A stretch of DNA of 64,000 bases from Eledone cirrhosa (Eukaryota), in assembly GCA_964016885.1 (NCBI GenBank), contig OZ024742.1, positions 80,600,001 through 80,664,000 of the forward strand, given 5' to 3'. A model generated the notes under the pieces. The model was not told where the DNA came from. It did no database searches and worked only from the letters and a program-made list of their open reading frames with translations. Every line of letters starts with the position of its first letter. Within the stretch, counting starts at the first letter, position 1. Below are positions 1 to 12,434 of the stretch, piece by piece. The position numbers were made by a program, and so were the translations under genes.

Positions 1-704
1 GCGGCATATTTATTACTTTCATTGGTGTTAACATTTAATGAAGTCATACCGTTACCGGTTACAGTTGTAGTGATTGAATGACTGTTACATACTGGTGTTA
101 TTGAAATATATATTATTCAATAAATACGATTTTGTTATGGCTTCCGTTATATTCCATCGATTTTGTTTGTCATTGTAATGCTGGTTATATATTACTGATG
201 CAAAATTTTCACACCTGCTTATACCTGTTTATTAACGAGACGGTGCAACACAGCTCTTACGAATAAGCAACTCAGTAATTACAAATCATAATGTGTGTGT
301 GTGCGTGTGTGCCTATTGTTGGTTGGTTCCCTTGTTCGCGGGCAGCGTCTCCGAATTGAAAGCTTGTTTACACACACACTCACACACATATATATATATA
401 CACACACGCTCATACACGTTTATATATAATTATCTATATGTACATATATCTACAATCTATTTTCAATCCTCACAAATTCATGTCTGGTTATTTTATCATT
501 TATATATTATTTTGCCATATGTGAATTGGATAATACCGGGTCTCAGCCAGTTGGTGTCATACATTGGTAGCAAGATACGCTGACAAAATGGTCTGCTGAC
601 TGTGATCTCTCTGAATAGACATCCCTACTCGTCATTGTACTGTGACTGTACAAAAAGGAAACAGCTTCATCCCTTAGAAGTTACCTTATACCGTTATATA
701 TATA

Positions 705-790
705 TAACGAAGGAAGAGTGGTAAGGAATCAGGTGTACCATAACGCACCAGAGTGCGCGATACTTTGGGTAGTAGAGTGGGTAATAGGAA
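705..790 (-). repeat. Dispersed repeat, probably a PLE pseudo-LTR 3' end (also 25281-25472, 27351-27523, 28574-28658, 48662-48720)
   Basis: Shared sequence TTATTACCCACTCTACTACCCAAG...CCACCTGGTTCCTTACC..CTTCGTTA(TA)n in the copies at 705, 25281, 27351 and 28574. The copies at 25281, 27351 and 48662 carry the 3' half of a hammerhead. Confidence 0.7.
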
Positions 791-826
791 CTTAGTCAGA
801 ACACAATAATATAAGAGTCAGAGCTC

Positions 827-880
<54 letters not shown>

Positions 881-881
<1 letters not shown>

Positions 882-3771
882 GAAATTTTAACAAACTATA
901 AAGGACATAGAAATTTTAACAAACTATAAAGGACATAGAAATTTTAACAAACTATAAAGTAGGTGAACATGTTAAACAAACTAAACTTAGAAAATTGAAA
1001 AAAAAGTACAGTATAAGATCAACATGTGACATAGACATGCTGATAGAAACAATCAAGCAAAAAGTGTCGGCCAAAGCTGCTCGTATAAGGCGCTTTGAAA
1101 AACGATCTAGATTCTATAAGGACAATAATATGTTCAAAAACAACCAAAGAAACTTCTACAGAAAAATTGGTAAGTCAATAATAACTGCTAAATCAATACC
1201 ACCCAAGGAGGAAGTGCAAGAATTCTGGGAAAAGATCTGGGCCGAAGAAAAAGTTCATAACATACATGCCCCATGGATAGACAGACAAATGAAAGAAACA
1301 GCTCACCTTGAAGAACAAACATGGGAAAATATAACAGTTGAACAGCTGCGCTTGGCTCTAAGAAAAACCAGCAAATGGAAATCCCCAGGAAAAGACAAAA
1401 TACAAAACTTTTGGATAAATGCCTTCACAGAGTCTCATGAGCTGTTAGCCCAACTTTACAATGAAATAGTTAAGGAGCCAGAAAAGATACCATCATGGCT
1501 AGTTAACGGCATTACATTCCTGCTACCGAAGAATGATGAGACAAACAATCCCAAAAATTACAGACCGATAACCTGCTTGACCACAATGTATAAAATTTTA
1601 ACATCAGTCCTAACTGAATACACATATGACCACCTGATAACAAATGACCTATTTCCCATTGAGCAGAAAGGGTGTAAACGAGGCTCATATGGTTGTAAGG
1701 ATCAGCTTCTGGTTAACAAAATGATACTGGAAGATTGTCATAATAGACACAAAAATCTATCGATTGCTTGGATAGATTATAAAAAAGCATTTGATAGTTT
1801 GCCACACAGTTGGATTGAAAAATGTTTAGAGATTTTCAAAATATCCCCCGTTGTCAGGAGGTTTTTGTCATTCAGTATGAGGACATGGAGAACGACACTC
1901 CTTTTGAATAGTGAAACAAAATCACTGGAAGCTGGAGAAGTTAACATTAATTGTGGAATTTTTCAGGGTGACTCTTTATCACCGCTTTTATTCTGCATCG
2001 CACTTATACCATTAAGTAAAATGCTCAATGAAACAAAACATGGATATAGAGTCTATGACAAAACCATTAATCACCTGTTCTACATGGATGACCTGAAACT
2101 ATTCGCAAAAAATGATGAACAATTGCAAGGGCTATTATCCACTGTGAAGCAGTTCAGTGATGACATTAAAATGGAGTTTGGACTGGATAAATGCGCCAAA
2201 GCAACGTTCACCAGAGGAAAGCTGCTGAAGAGTTCAGACATTAATCTTGATCGGGGGAACGTGATAAGAGAGCTTGATCAAGAACAAACTTACAAATATC
2301 TAGGTGTTTGTGAAGGAGACGGAATCAAGCACTCGACAATGAGGGAAAGGATAAGGAAGGAATGTTACCGCAGAGTCAGAGCAATCTTAAGAACGGAATT
2401 GAATGCAAGGAATAGGATCGATGCCATAAACACGCTTGCCATACCAGTAGTAACCTACAGTTACAATGTCATCAACTGGTCAAGCACAGAGATCCGTAGG
2501 CTCGATACAAAAATCCGAAAATTCTTAACCATGCACAGAATGCATCACCCTAAGGCAGACATAGATAGAATATATCTCCCTAGGAAAGAAGGAGGACGTG
2601 GGTTAATCCAGTTAGACATTGCGTTGAAAACTGCAACAATTGGATTATCCACATATCTAAGGGAATCACATGATTGGATGATCAAACTCGTTTTGAAACA
2701 CGAAAGCACCAAAAGATCATATTCCATTACAAAAGATGCACAAAGATACAGTAATGGACTACAAATTTCAGAAGTCCCATTTACTGCTGAAATGGAAAAC
2801 ACAGAAAAAGCAAAGCAGGTAAAAGTAACTGCAAAGAAAGAACTGCTACAGAAACTGACTAAGAAATGGCAAGAAAAGCCTCTGTATGGAAAATACCCAG
2901 AGCGAGCTAACAATCCTGATGTTGGCAAAACTTTAACCCATCAGTGGTTGGCATCCTCTGGACTGAAATCGGAGACTGAAGGACTGATTATATCCGCACA
3001 AGATCAGTGTCTGCCAACAAAAAATTACCAAGCCAACATAATAAAAAATGGGTGCAGCCCATTATGCCGTGTATGCAAAAAACAACCAGAGACCATTGAC
3101 CATATAATTTCAATGTGCAGTCCTATAGCTCCAACCGAATACCTAAACAGGCATGACAGAGCTGCACAATACATACATTGGATAATGTGTAAGCATTTTG
3201 ACCTGCCCCATCAAAAGAATTGGTGGGAGCATCAACCACCTCCCATACTTGAAAAAGATCACATCTCAATCTTGTGGAACTTTACCATCCAAACAGACCG
3301 AAAAATAGATGCAAATAGACCTGATATAATATTGAAGGACTTTCAAAGGAGGGTATGCCTGCTAATTGATATGTCTGTTCCAATAGACAAGAATGTATCT
3401 ATAAAAACATTTGAAAAATTGAGCAAGTATAAGGACCTGGAGATAGAAATTGGAAAAATGTGGAAATTGAGAACTAAAACAATACCAGTGGTTGTAGGCG
3501 CTCTGTGAATGATACCTAAGGGGTCTAACGACTACTTATCGCAAATCCCAGGAAACCCGCGTATAGGAGAAATACAAAAGATAGTACTAATGGGAACTGC
3601 CCATATACTAAGGAAGATCCTGTCAATATAAGTACATCACAAGTCTAAACACTAAGGATGCATGTGTGAATATGTGTGTTCTTTCTTGAACATGGCGGAC
3701 CTTGTTGTCTCTTGAGGTCACTGGTTGTGACTTGGTGATAACTCGTATAAACATAAAGCAAGATAAATGCA
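881..3771 (+). mobile_element. R4/Dong-clade non-LTR retrotransposon, 5'-truncated, inserted in (TAA)n
   Basis: Flanked by (TAA)n at 827-880 and 3772-3800. Contains one RT + CCHC + restriction-like endonuclease (RLE) ORF and a ~140-bp 3' UTR. (TAA)n targeting is known for Dong. Confidence 0.9.
995..3631 (+). pseudogene. RT-RLE polyprotein with a single nonsense codon at 3506-3508
   Basis: RT motifs NYRPITCL, EQKG, IDYKKAFDS, GIFQGDSLSP, FYMDDLK. Knuckle CRVC..ETIDHIISMC, then RHD and NRPDI..LIDM..EKLSKY. The frame continues 40 aa past TGA (MIPKG...GTAHILRKILSI) to TAA 3629-3631. No ATG at the start; the frame is open to the truncation point. Confidence 0.92.
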
Positions 3772-3800
3772 AATAATAATAATAATAATAATAATAATAA

Positions 3801-3955
3801 TCTCCAGAATGTTTTGGAACGCTTCAAAAGGCATGCTTGCTTGGAACAGCAAGAACCCTCCGATACGTCCTGAATATCTGAGGCTGTAGGTAGTGGCTTG
3901 ATATTCAATCCAACGGACTTTCCAGTTAACCAATATCAATGACTGAGATTCAAGG
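3801..3955 (+). mobile_element. Very short 3' end of a second Dong/R4 family
   Basis: Near-identical to 4676-4820 (GGAACGCTTCAAAAGGCATGC...GATTCAAGG). Bounded by (TAA)n on both sides. Confidence 0.85.
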
Positions 3956-3987
3956 AATAACAACAATAATAATAATAATAATAATAA

Positions 3988-4820
3988 AGGGAAAATCCCT
4001 TCATAGTACCTTCTTTGAGAAAACTGAATTTAGAGATCCACAGACATGGAACTGGTTGAGAAGAGGAGACCTCAAAAAGGCTACAGAAGGAATGATAATG
4101 GCTGCGCAGGAGCAGGCCCTCAAAACGAAGTGGTTGAAGCACCATATTTACAAGGAGGAGGCTAGCCCACTGTGCAGGATCTGTGGAGAGAGAGAGGAGA
4201 CTGTGGCTCACATTGTGTCCGAGTGTAAACACCTAGCCCAGACCCACTATAAGGGCTGGAGACAAGATGTGATGGGCAGGGTGATCCACTGGCACCTGTG
4301 CAAAGTAAACAATTTACCACATTCTGAGAAATGGTATGAGCATAGGCCGGAGGCGGTGATGGAGAACAATCAGGTGAAGGTGCTGTGGGATTTTAGGATA
4401 CAGACGGACAAAAAACTGGAACACAATAGACCTGACCTGGTGGTTGTGGACAAAGAAAAAAGATCGTGTCTGATTGTGGATGTGGCCTGCCCGTTCGACA
4501 CGAGAGTGCAAGAGAAGGAGAGGGAGAAAATTAACCGATACCAGGACCTAAAGTGGGAGGTGAAAAGGATTTGGAACTGCCATGAAGTCAAAGTGATCCC
4601 GATTGTCATAGGCGCACTGGGGACTATCTCCAAAAGTTTCCAGGGATGGTTAAAGAAAATCGGCCCCTTCACGCTTTTTGGAACGCTTCAAAAGGCATGC
4701 TTGCTTGGAACAACAAGAACCCTCCGATACGTCCTGAATATCTGAGGCTGCAGGTAGTGGCTTGATATTCATTCCAACGGACTTTCAAGTTAACCAACAT
4801 CAATGACTGAGATTCAAGGA
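3988..4820 (+). mobile_element. 5'-truncated R4/Dong element, family 2 (CCHC + RLE + 3' UTR)
   Basis: ORF 3939-4745 reads CRIC..ETVAHIVSEC, NRPDL..IVDV..EKINRY, IPIVIGALG and stops at 4745. (TAA)n flanks. Confidence 0.9.
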
Positions 4821-4852
4821 ATAACAACAACAATAATAATAATAATAATAAT

Positions 4853-4924
<72 letters not shown>

Positions 4925-4929
<5 letters not shown>

Positions 4930-6155
4930 GTGAGGTTCTTTTTACAAAATGAAAAATAACCGAGGTATCCTACTCGAGTGAAAGTATACAGAAAAAGAGA
5001 TGAAATCGAAAATGCAACTGGAGTCTTATTTTTTTTTAAAATATATATATATATTTGGTTCCTTTACCGGTTTCGCAGTTCTTCTGCTTTTCAAAAGGTG
5101 AGTTGAGATGGAGGGTCTGTGGTTTTTCTCACATCTGGTTGGTCTCTGAATGTTACATGTTTTATATGGAAAAAGTGGCTCGAAATGCCAGGTTTTTCGA
5201 GAAGTAATTTGGTTGGTTGGTGAATAATTATAATAAATTTCGCGCCAGTTCGCGTTACAATAGTTCTTCAGAACAATTCTCCCAATCCCATTTCTCTTGA
5301 CCACTATCTTTCCCTTGTCATAACATTCTCTATAAAGGCTACAGAATCGATTTCCAAATACGGGCGCAAAAATGTAGTGAAAATTGTTCACGTGACAGCC
5401 AAATTTCATTTATAACCAATCAAATCACGTTTATTAAAAAAAGCCTTCGTGAGCCACCCTTTTTTTAAGTAAAGACATTCAAACACACACACACACAACA
5501 CACACACACACACGCGCGCACACACACACAAGCACACAAATAAACATTACATACCTTTACCTTCTTTATTCAATAGAAAATCTGAATTCTGACTCCCCAA
5601 CGAACTAACCATATTCACTGAACCAGAACAATTCTTCCATCCCTTTCTCTTGACCATTATCTTTCACTTATCATAAAATTCTCTAAAAAGGCTACAGAAT
5701 GGATTTCCAAATAAGGGCACGAAATTTAATGAAAACTTGTTCACGTGACAGCCATAATTTCATTTATAACCAACCAAAAAAAAAGCCTTCGTGAGCCCCT
5801 TTTCTCAAGTAAAAAGAAATTCAAACACTCATATATGAAAAAACAACCTGTGACAACCCCCCCCCTCCCTATTATTTGAAGAACTATTGTAACGCGAACT
5901 GGCGCGAAATTTATTATAATTATTGACAAACCAATCAAATTACTTCTCGAAAAACCTGGCATTTCGTGCCACTTTTTCCATAGTAAACAAGTAACATTCA
6001 GAGACCAACCAGATGTGAGAAAAGCCACAGACCCTCCATCTCAACTCACCTTTTGAAAAGCAGAAGAACTGCGATACCGGTAAAGGAACCAAATAAGTAT
6101 ATATATTTAAAAAAAAAATAAGACTCCAGTTGCATTTTCGATTTCATCTCTTTTT

Positions 6156-6158
<3 letters not shown>
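4925..6158. repeat. Fold-back element: ~280-bp inverted arms (4990-5270 / 5877-6158) with an internal direct duplication (5270-5490 / 5627-5830)
   Basis: Arms are reverse complements by eye and (TA)n flanks both ends. Same family at 21195-21561. Confidence 0.85.
5061..5098 (-). ncRNA. Minimal type-I hammerhead ribozyme, U3-A8 core
   Basis: Minus strand: CCUU-UUGAAAA-GCAG(AAGAA)CUGC-GAAA-CCGG-UA-AAGG. Stem I CCUU/AAGG, stem II 4 bp, palindromic ACCGGU stem III, GUA site. The copy at 6049-6086(+) has GAAA>GATA. Confidence 0.8.
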
Positions 6159-6196
<38 letters not shown>

Positions 6197-6203
<7 letters not shown>

Positions 6204-6950
6204 ATATGTATGTGATGAAACACAGATACCAACACATCTGTATATATATTGCGAAAGAAAAATTTAGCCAGATTGAAGTATACTAATTATTATACTACAG
6301 TTTGTCCATATCGATATAATTAATAATTATTAATTTTAATCTGCTCCTAGTTTGAGCTGCAAAGCCGCCTCATATACACGACTGTTATTTCTAGCAGTAC
6401 GTTTATGAGACTAGTTAGATACTGTAAAGCAATGTGCGCCACGCAGTCTTTCAAATTATTTAGAAGTGAAGCATATCAATTTGTCTCTGGATGTTTACTG
6501 AGGAGAGCGGGACTTGATATTCCTACACTTATTTAACTCGAAATATATTTGGATCTTAAAGTCTAAACTTATCTACGGAACAGGTTTGATTTTGAAATTT
6601 AAATGTGTCTAAACATCACGGCCTTTTGCCAATACAGTTCGTCTCCGTTGATTTATTATTTTAAATCGATATGGACAAACTGTAGTATAATAATTAGTAT
6701 ACTTCAATCTGGCTAAATTTTTCTTTCGCAATATATATACAGATGTGTTGGTATCTGTGTTTCATCACATACATATTAATTTATACACCGCTCATGGGAT
6801 ATATTTTTTCCTCATTCGAGCTGATTCCATTGTAAAAGAATTCATTACCTTATTAATTTTAATCTGCTCCTAGTTTGAGCTGCAAAGCCGCTTCATATAC
6901 ACGACTGTTATTTCTAGCAGTACGGTTATTGTAAAATAATTCATTACCTT
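6197..6950. repeat. Inverted repeat (6197-6316 / 6664-6785) plus direct repeat (6328-6401 / 6850-6924) between (TA)n tracts
   Basis: Near-identical reverse-complement and direct segments read directly from the sequence. Confidence 0.8.
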
Positions 6951-6951
6951 A

Positions 6952-7003
<52 letters not shown>

Positions 7004-7519
7004 CTGATACAGCATCTATCTAAATGAAATTGTGCAAGATTGTCATCTTTGCTAAATACAGCTATGGAAATAGTGTAACAATACAAATCTCATATCTTGC
7101 CTCTCCCATAAATTTTCAAATAATGGCAATGGATAAAAAACAGTGTACACCTCCCTCTCTAATAAAATAGCATATTAAAACGGTCGATACAAAGCTAAAA
7201 TCAAATATTACTTATGCTCATACTCATTAGTAAGCAAAAACGCAATACATCATCTATTCCACACGCCTTGTATCTCTAATCCTCCATCACATTTATTAAA
7301 ACAATATATTCCGACCAATATATAATACAGTTATTACTAATTTAAAATTAACATACATATTAACAAGGGTGCTTCGGTAGAATAATAAATCATCCTTTTA
7401 CAAGCTAAAATTAAAATGCATGTTGCCTAAATAAATCATCTGACACAGAAACAATTATCAATGTGGAAGAAGTGACCGTAATAATTTCAAAACCACCAGT
7501 AAATACTCTCTCTCTCGCT

Positions 7520-7603
<84 letters not shown>

Positions 7604-7629
7604 TCACTCTCTCTCTCTCTCTCACTCTC

Positions 7630-7714
<85 letters not shown>

Positions 7715-7802
7715 ATATAAGTTATTCCGGGTTGAATCGGAGGTAACGACAGTAAGTAAGGTACTCAATACATAGCAGAGAATAAAAGTTTTAATATAGA
7801 AG

Positions 7803-7853
7803 AGCTTCTATAGGACTAGAAATGTTTCATTCGTGAGATATCATCAGGGAGCT
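7803..7853 (-). ncRNA. Degenerate hammerhead in PLE pseudo-LTR
   Basis: AGCUCC-CUGAUGA-UAUCUCACGAAU-GAAACAU..CUAUA-GAAGCU. Stems are mismatched relative to the copy at 11237. Confidence 0.6.
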
Positions 7854-8029
7854 GGCTGTCCAAGTAAGTAGTGGTATTTATATTTTTTCTGGTGGTAGGA
7901 GAGGGTGGGGATTGGGATGGGCGGAGGTCATTGGTTGAAGGATTTAAAGAAAAGGGAGTTCATTAAAAGCTAATTCTTTAAAGCTATAGTATTAACAAAG
8001 GCAGGAAGATTACTGTAAACAAAATCAAT

Positions 8030-8870
8030 AACTTAGTAAAAAGCGTCTCAATTAGAATCTCTGGCCTCTCGGCCAATGAAGATATATTTACCGCCTCCGC
8101 CTCTTACTACAATGACGACCTCGCCCGAAGTGGATTTAAAGAATAGATAACTTACCTAGAAACCATCCTAAGTATACCTAGGAGGAATAGGCATATGCAG
8201 ATTAGTTGCTACAACTCCCGCTTCAATAGAGAGGTATGTACACCTATAGCTAGGACTTTCTTCACTTTGCTGAACACACGCTTCCCCATACAACATAGGT
8301 ACTACACCATCTTCAATAAGAACACAATAAGACTCTCCTACTCCACTACACCTAACCTAGCAAGGAATATAGCCACTCTCAATTCTAAAAAAAAAAATAA
8401 GCCAACTACCTCCAAACCCAATCCCCGGGCTGAAGCCTTGTGCAATTGCCTAAATAAGGAAGCCGGCTCACTTGAAAATAAATGCCTGATAAATGACATC
8501 GTATACAAATGTGATGTCATCTCAGTCACCGATGGTAGCAACAACAAGAAGACATACATCGGCATGACTTCCTAATAAATTTGAAACCCGGTGGTATGCC
8601 CATACCCACTCTTTCAGAAGACAGGACAAATCAAATCAGACAACACTCGCTTCCTATGTGTGGGACCTCAAAAGGAACACCACCCCCTTCACGCTTAATT
8701 GGAAAATACTCCAGAAAGCGCGCTCATACAAGGGATTCTCAAGTGCTGCGAACTTTGTATCTCAGAGAGCTACGAAATATTATTTGCCAAACCGCCCGAT
8801 ACTGAACAAACTCTCTGAACACTGCCCGAATTAAATGCACAAAAACTTTGCAACTTTCAAATAACTTAAG
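8030..8870 (+). pseudogene. PLE RT C-terminus + GIY-YIG endonuclease, disrupted
   Basis: IFNKNTIRLSYSTTPNL, CNC..CL..DIVYKCDV...KTYIGMTS, with stops and frameshifts. Confidence 0.85.
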
Positions 8871-9028
8871 TCAGTGTTAATGCCAGATGGCATAAACAGA
8901 TTCCATTTTTTTATTTATTTTAACCCCACTCGACAAAATACCCCCTCCACCTAACCCCTACCACCTCTCGACCCGAAATTCGGCACTATGGTCATATAAG
9001 TACTTCTTACCTATCTGCTCTTTCCAAT

Positions 9029-9760
9029 ACAGTGAAGGAGGCAGATGATTTGATGCAGGCGGGTGAGACTGTCGATGAGTGTGGGGCTAAGAATAAATGA
9101 GACTAAAACAAAATATCTGGTAGAGAATGTTGAGAAGCCAGAGGGGTTCACTAATGAAGGCGGGAAGCCGCTAGAATTGGTTGAGGACTTCCTGTATTTG
9201 GGAGTAAAGATTAGGAATACGGAATATGAAGTGGTTGAGAGGAAGAGCAGGGCCTGGGCGGCGTGCCACAGCTTGAGATCGGTGTGGAAGTCGGACCTTC
9301 GTAAAGACCTGGAAATCCGCCTCTTCATTGCTGTAGTGGAGTCTGTGCTGCTGTACGGGTCTGAGACTTGGACACTGACCAGGAAACTCACTCAGATGGT
9401 GGATGCGTGCTACACGAGAATGCTCAGGATGGCTCTGAACATTATGCAGTATACACTGAGGAAGAAACACTCAGAGCTGTATGGGAGCCTCCCAAAAGTC
9501 AGCTAAAAAGTGATACAGAGGAGACTAAGGTTAGCTGGACATGCTCACCGACATCCAGAGTTGACATTGCACTCAGTACTTCTGTGGGAGCCCCTATATA
9601 GACACACTGGAAGAGGAAGACCAAGGTTAACATATGATGATGCTCTAAGGACAGACACTTGTCTGTTGGTAACGCAGGATATGGCAGCGGTAATGAGGGA
9701 CAGAGACCGCTGGAGAGAACTCATCCATGGATTTCGGGAATTTAACCAGCCCTAGAAATG
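9029..9760 (+). mobile_element. 5'-truncated RTE-group LINE nested in the PLE
   Basis: GLRINETKTK, VEDFLYLG, VESVLLYGSETW, RRLRLAGH, RGRPRLTY. Confidence 0.88.
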
Positions 9761-10360
9761 TATGTGTGTGTGTGTGTATATATGTACAAATATTTGCATG
9801 TAGGTGTATATATAGGTGTATATATATTTGTATATGTGTATATGTGTATGTACCATTATGTATGTTTGTTGTGTGTGTGTGCTTGTCAATGTGTGCATGC
9901 GTGTATGTGCGTATACGTGTGTAAGTGGTCGAGTGTGTGAATGTGCTTGTCGACACCTGGAATATATATTAAGAGAAACTTCACAATAAGGGAAATCAAC
10001 CCAACACTTGAATCTGTTGATTTATCCCTCTCTCACTTCGTCACCCTTATTCCAGACTTAAAGAATTTGCTTCTAAAGAATTTCCCTTTTCTAAAACCAT
10101 TGAGCCCCACCCATCCTGTAGACACCTGTCTTACAGGCATTGTTAGTCTAAGTGATAAACTAGGATTGGTATTCCAAATATAATTTTGTTTACAGTATTC
10201 TTCCTGTCTTTGTCAATACTATAGCTTTAAAGAATTAGCTTTTAATGAACTCCCTTTTCTTTAAATCCTACAACTAATGATCTCTATTCCCATCCCAATC
10301 CCCACCCTCTCCTACCACCAGGTATGTATATATATATGTGTATATATATATATATATATA

Positions 10361-10488
<128 letters not shown>

Positions 10489-10563
10489 CAGTTGAACATT
10501 GCAAACTTGACTGTCACCACAGGTATGTATATATATATATATATGTGTATATATACATATATA

Positions 10564-10674
<111 letters not shown>

Positions 10675-10782
10675 TTATATATATGTGTGTGTGTATGTTT
10701 GTATGTATGAATTTATATATATGTATATAATTGTATATATGTTATATATGTGTTTTTATTTATATATATATGTGTGTATGTA

Positions 10783-10820
<38 letters not shown>

Positions 10821-11105
10821 TGAAAATAGACCTAGAAACGCGTTTGACCATCAGCAGTAGTCTGCTGATTATCATTGGTATTTCTTCGCATTAAAGACTA
10901 GATACCTCAAAATCAGTGCGAGCGATAATGAAAATAAGTTATCAGGACAGAGCGAATTGGAATGGAAAACTAAACAAACAACATGGTAGTAATGCAACAT
11001 AAAGAGAGGAAAAGAGAGACAACTCAATCAACGAGAAGAGGCAGACGCGTCCGATCCACCCGAAATGTGAGAGAGAAAAGGATTTCACACAGGTCAGACG
11101 GGAGG

Positions 11106-11158
<53 letters not shown>

Positions 11159-11160
<2 letters not shown>

Positions 11161-11590
11161 TTATTCCGGGTTGAATCGGTGGTACCACAGTAAGTAAGGT
11201 TCTCAATATCAGTGTATAAAAGCTTTAACATAGAAGAGCTTCTACAGGACTAGAACTGTTTCATTCGTGAGAAATCATCAGGAAGCTGGCTGTCAAAATA
11301 AGTGGTAGTATTTATATTTCTCCTTTTCTGGCAGTAGGAGAGGTTGGGCGTTGTGAATGGTGGTGGTCATTGGTTGAAGGATTTAAAGAAAAGGGAGTTC
11401 ATTAAATCTAATTCTTTAAAGCTTTAATATTAACAAAGGCAGAAAAAATACTGTAAACAAATTCAAAATTGGAATACCAATCCTTATTTACCACGTAAAC
11501 TAACAATGCCTGTAAGACAGGTGTCTACAGGATGGGTGGGGGTCAATGATTTAAAGAAAATGGAAATTATTTAGAAACTAATTCTTTAAG
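11159..11590 (-). repeat. Solo PLE pseudo-LTR (same family as 7719)
   Basis: Matches 7719-8025 directly and 10060-10321 in reverse. Begins at (TA)n. Confidence 0.8.
11237..11287 (-). ncRNA. Type-I hammerhead ribozyme with canonical core
   Basis: AGCUUC-CUGAUGA-U(UUC UCAC GAA)U-GAAA-CAG(UUCUAGUC)CUG-UA-GAAGCU. Stem I 6 bp, stem III 4 bp with CUAG-centred loop, GUA site. Confidence 0.8.
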
Positions 11591-12154
11591 GCTGAAATAT
11601 ATATATGTATGTATGTATGTAAAAGATAAACAGAATTAACAACACAATCGGTGCAGTATATGAAAGGAATATATTAGGTAAACGCTTGAAATAGCAGGAA
11701 GAGTGCCTTAACGTTTCGGACGCTTGTCCTTTAGGGGAAGAAATGATGAAAAATAAGATATATTGAGTGGACGGGTTGGTTGGAATTGGAAATATTGCGG
11801 AAAAATATTTAAGGAAAGGCATGTCAAAAAATTATTTGAATTCAGACGTATAGAAAGAACTATATGACATAATTTTAAAAGTATTATATCAAATAAGACA
11901 ATATAGTAATCAAAGCCAATAGAATGAAATTCAATGCATGTGAACTAGCTAAATGATGGGGATATCCTCAATAACCCTAAAGAAAATATGGGAATGAAAA
12001 ATCAGTTATAGAAAAATATGACGACAAATTAATATATATTTGCTGAAACAATAAATGATAATACGTATCGCTATTTGAAGGGATTCATATATAATGAATA
12101 ACTTAGAACAATAATATAACCTCTGCGTATTACGTGTTCATCATTTATATGCTA

Positions 12155-12434
12155 CTAAGAATAAAAGAACACCTCAATACTAAAGCTTCCTCATTTAAGA
12201 AACACCTAATCTAGATTATATTTAAACTGTTAGCCATGTTTCCCTTCTGTTGCACCTCATTTCTCCCCGCTCTCTCTTTCTCACTGTGAATCTACTAAGA
12301 TTTGGGCTTACTTTATTCATATATATATATATATATATATTTCTGCATGTCAGATTCAAACTTACAAAGATCGGCATTATATATATGTTTGTTTGCTAAA
12401 ATAATGAAATTAAAATTAAATTAATTCAACAGTT
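12155..12434 (+). repeat. Direct repeat of 13830-14105 (GIY-YIG fragment + tail); weaker third copy ~14520-14690
   Basis: Near-identical ~270-bp segments starting AAGAATAAAAGAACACCTCAATACT. Confidence 0.75.

Larger units (their letters stand above)
7719..10321 (+). mobile_element. Penelope-like element: inverted pseudo-LTR (7719-8025), RT-thumb/GIY-YIG remnant, direct pseudo-LTR part (~9990-10321); interrupted by an RTE
   Basis: 7890-8025 is the reverse complement of 10184-10321, and the coding remnant lies between them. A further copy of the pseudo-LTR is at 11159-11590. Confidence 0.8.

Noticed and set aside
2545-2928. Antisense ORFs overlapping retroelement ORFs (also 4370-4672, 9011-9391, 62974-63333)
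   Set aside because: They are shadow frames of the sense-strand RT/EN sequences.
3506-3508. In-frame TGA as programmed readthrough or selenocysteine
   Set aside because: The aligned residue is Gly (GALG in the sister family), not Cys. A single GGA>TGA change explains it, and I recognised no SECIS.
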